Position numbers and translations under genes: made by a program. Below, one piece after another: positions 61,421 to 64,000 of a stretch of 64,000 nt of DNA. The DNA comes from Tubulanus polymorphus (lineage: Eukaryota > Animalia > Nemertea). A model generated the notes under the pieces. That model was not told the DNA's origin and ran no database searches. It saw nothing but the letters and a program-made list of their open reading frames with translations. The stretch's first letter is position 1. Each line of letters starts with the position of its first letter. The stretch covers positions 5,630,275 through 5,694,274 of the forward strand of contig NC_134032.1 in the NCBI RefSeq assembly GCF_964204645.1. The letters run 5' to 3'.

Positions 61421-64000
61421 GTAAGTAATCACATGTTGACAGTAACTAGCACAAAAGGTGGAGTGCTCATCCCTGACTATGTATACGATGAGCCTGTTTT
61501 TTGGAACTGAATTCCACCACAGGCTATTGACCGTGTGCCGGGCTAACCCTGGTATCACAGGCTAAGACCAAGGGCCACTTCCATAGTCATGAATTAAGTC
61601 CAAAAGTGGTCTTAAGATCCTATTGGTCTTGAGTTGTTAGATGGGCTACAGAACTGAGTTGGTTTAGACTGCTCTTGAGTGTAAGATTGGCTTAAAAAGC
61701 TAAGATAGATTGGTCTTTAATTGAACTAAGATAATTGAACTAGGATAGTCTTAGACTGGTCATATGACTTAGAATCAAACCCTGGTGACAAGCTAAAACC
61801 ACAGGCTTAATCAGGGGGCTGGTTTCACAGTCATGGTTTAGGCCTAAGAACAGTGTAAGGCTATCATAGTTCTGTAGCCATCTCGTCACAGGTGTAGTTG
61901 AATGCGATCTTCTATTTTGTGGTATGTTCCAGTCACAATCCGTATATCGGCTGCTTCATCTGTACTTGTGTAAGTCATGAGGACTTAGATTTGGGTTCTC
62001 CACCATCTGTAACCGGCTGGTCGGGGAACTAGCATTAAGACCAACGGTACAGGATTCCATTCATCAGGAACAACAAGGCAGTTAAACCTTATATGTACAA
62101 TCTTTATTGCATCCCGGAATGAGAATGATAATCATAACTTTACATGTCTTTATATACAGAAATCATGAGTATAATGTGAGAACTAGGTGTCAGACAAGTT
62201 GTAGACATCAGGACTCACAAACTAACACCTAGTGACATGTTTGAGAGATGTAAATTAATTAATGATGAGCACTGACTAGAGCTAATTACTTTGAATACAT
62301 TTTGAGAAGTCTGACATGTTGATTACGATAAAGCACATATTGATACTATATTCATTAGTAATATTACATTATTAGTACTATTATTATTATCATTATTATT
62401 AATAAAGCATTTCATATAGTAAGAGATATGAAATATTATGAACCATTCAATATGAAATTGTAGATATCTTTGATTATAGAATATGCAACTTATATCAGGG
62501 ACAGGGTGACACAGGCTAAGACCAGTGTCAAAGTTTGTGATGGGATATCAGTACACACAGTTTGAGGGGACTGATGAACGGAGTATCTGTAGGCTGAGAG
62601 CTGCATGTGTCCCCCATCACTACAACAGCCATCTGTACCAGCAGCAGTGCAGCAGCAGCCAGTTGTCATAGTAACTGGATAGTGTGATTGTATAGGTATT
62701 GGTGTGGAGTGATAGTGGATCTGTGATGTTTCAGGGTTAACAGGGGGCGGCGGGAGTTGGAATGGAGAGAGCTCTCAGATATATTGTGTATCTCATACCA
62801 GTTCCAGGAGGTCAGGTTTTATAGATGCCATGATATAGAAACAATCCCACACACTAGGAAAGAAAACCAAATGTTTCCACAATATATGATGACTTGCAGG
62901 ATGAAGTTGAAACAGTGAAAATGAATAGTTTTGGTCTCGTTTTTTCTCTGAATGTGGCATTTTTTTCTTGATCATAATTCATCAAGATTATTTTCGTAGA
63001 TGGGTTAACTGAACCACTGGGTCAGGTTTTTATAGACATTGACTAACTTTAAAACATCAATTGAACTAGTTACAGTGTTCTGAATCCACCCAGTTCCATA
63101 GTTCTGAACACAGTTCTGGATCCAATTCTACAATTCTGAATCCAGTGCCACAGAGTTACCTCAGTTCTGGGCCTTGTTCCACAGTTCTGGATCTGGTTCT
63201 ACTGTTCCCCATAGGTAGGCCTATTTATTAGAAAAGATGAATGAATACCCTGATATATATATATATATATATTTTAATATACATTTTAGCAAAAAGATGA
63301 ATGAATACCCTGAAAGGTATTTTGCCTTAATGGACAATTCCTACTCATAATGAACCAGAATAAAAGCCATTTTTGCGAAATTCATTGTACTCGTTCATGC
63401 AGGCACTATTAGCCTATATACTAAGATGCAGTTGGTCAACACTTGACCAGAAGTTTTCTGGGTCAAATTTCTATAAAGCCACAGCTAGCATTCTCTAGGT
63501 GACCGCATTTTTGTAAAATGCCAGCGCTGCATGATACTTTCTGCGTAACCAGCCACTAACTAACTAATGAATGAAGTATTAGAAGCAGCTTTCAATGAAC
63601 CAGCTTAGGTCTGAAGTTGTTAGGCAGGCCTGGGGGTGACCGGAAAGAATGGCCAAGCTATTTGCCTAGGAAAAAATGGCCACGGAAAAAAGGCCATGAA
63701 AGATTACATAGAAAACTAACCATCATTTCATTGTACAAGAAATCAAATGCATTGCTGTTTTGACATGTCTCTTTTTGAGATTATTAGACCTATTCCTGGA
63801 TTAGTTTACTTGGTAAATTTTGATGAGCATATCTCACTTCGATGTTATCACTACACTACACCAGTTTGCTATATAAATTACCACACAATTTCAATGCACT
63901 TACCTTTGATAAGACAGTCTGTGCCCTAATAGCTTACTTAGTGCCCTAATAGCTTACTTAGTTGTTTTGAAATATTAATTAAGTCAATTTATTAAGTTTA

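Noticed and set aside
60845-62975. Several further exon-like segments on both strands (about 60845, 60968, 61892, 62593 and ORF 62793-62975)
   Set aside because: Could not be chained into a consistent-phase gene model or recognisable protein.

Overview
AT-rich, repeat-dense eukaryotic (animal, probably invertebrate) genomic DNA with GT-AG introns; nothing prokaryotic. The main gene (+ strand, about 3.9-25.5 kb) has two small internal exons (3979-4145, 4947-5055) followed by three very large paralogous C2H2 zinc-finger exons (about 19, 17 and 23 fingers). Each finger exon opens with a phase-1 splice acceptor matching the phase-1 donor at 5056 and ends in its own stop codon, and I see no second copy of the small exons between them. 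This suggests one gene with three mutually exclusive terminal zinc-finger cassettes. The rest is mostly transposon-derived: two decayed Sola2-like transposases, three families of non-autonomous Helentron/DINE-like elements (two self-nested, one carrying a LINE RT fragment and a 31-bp satellite), many TWA-target (Harbinger-like) MITEs, and Penelope-type minimal hammerhead ribozyme motifs. A CpG-rich promoter-like region near 53.3-53.7 kb and a few unassigned candidate exons lie further right. All family assignments come from motif recognition by eye, not database searches.
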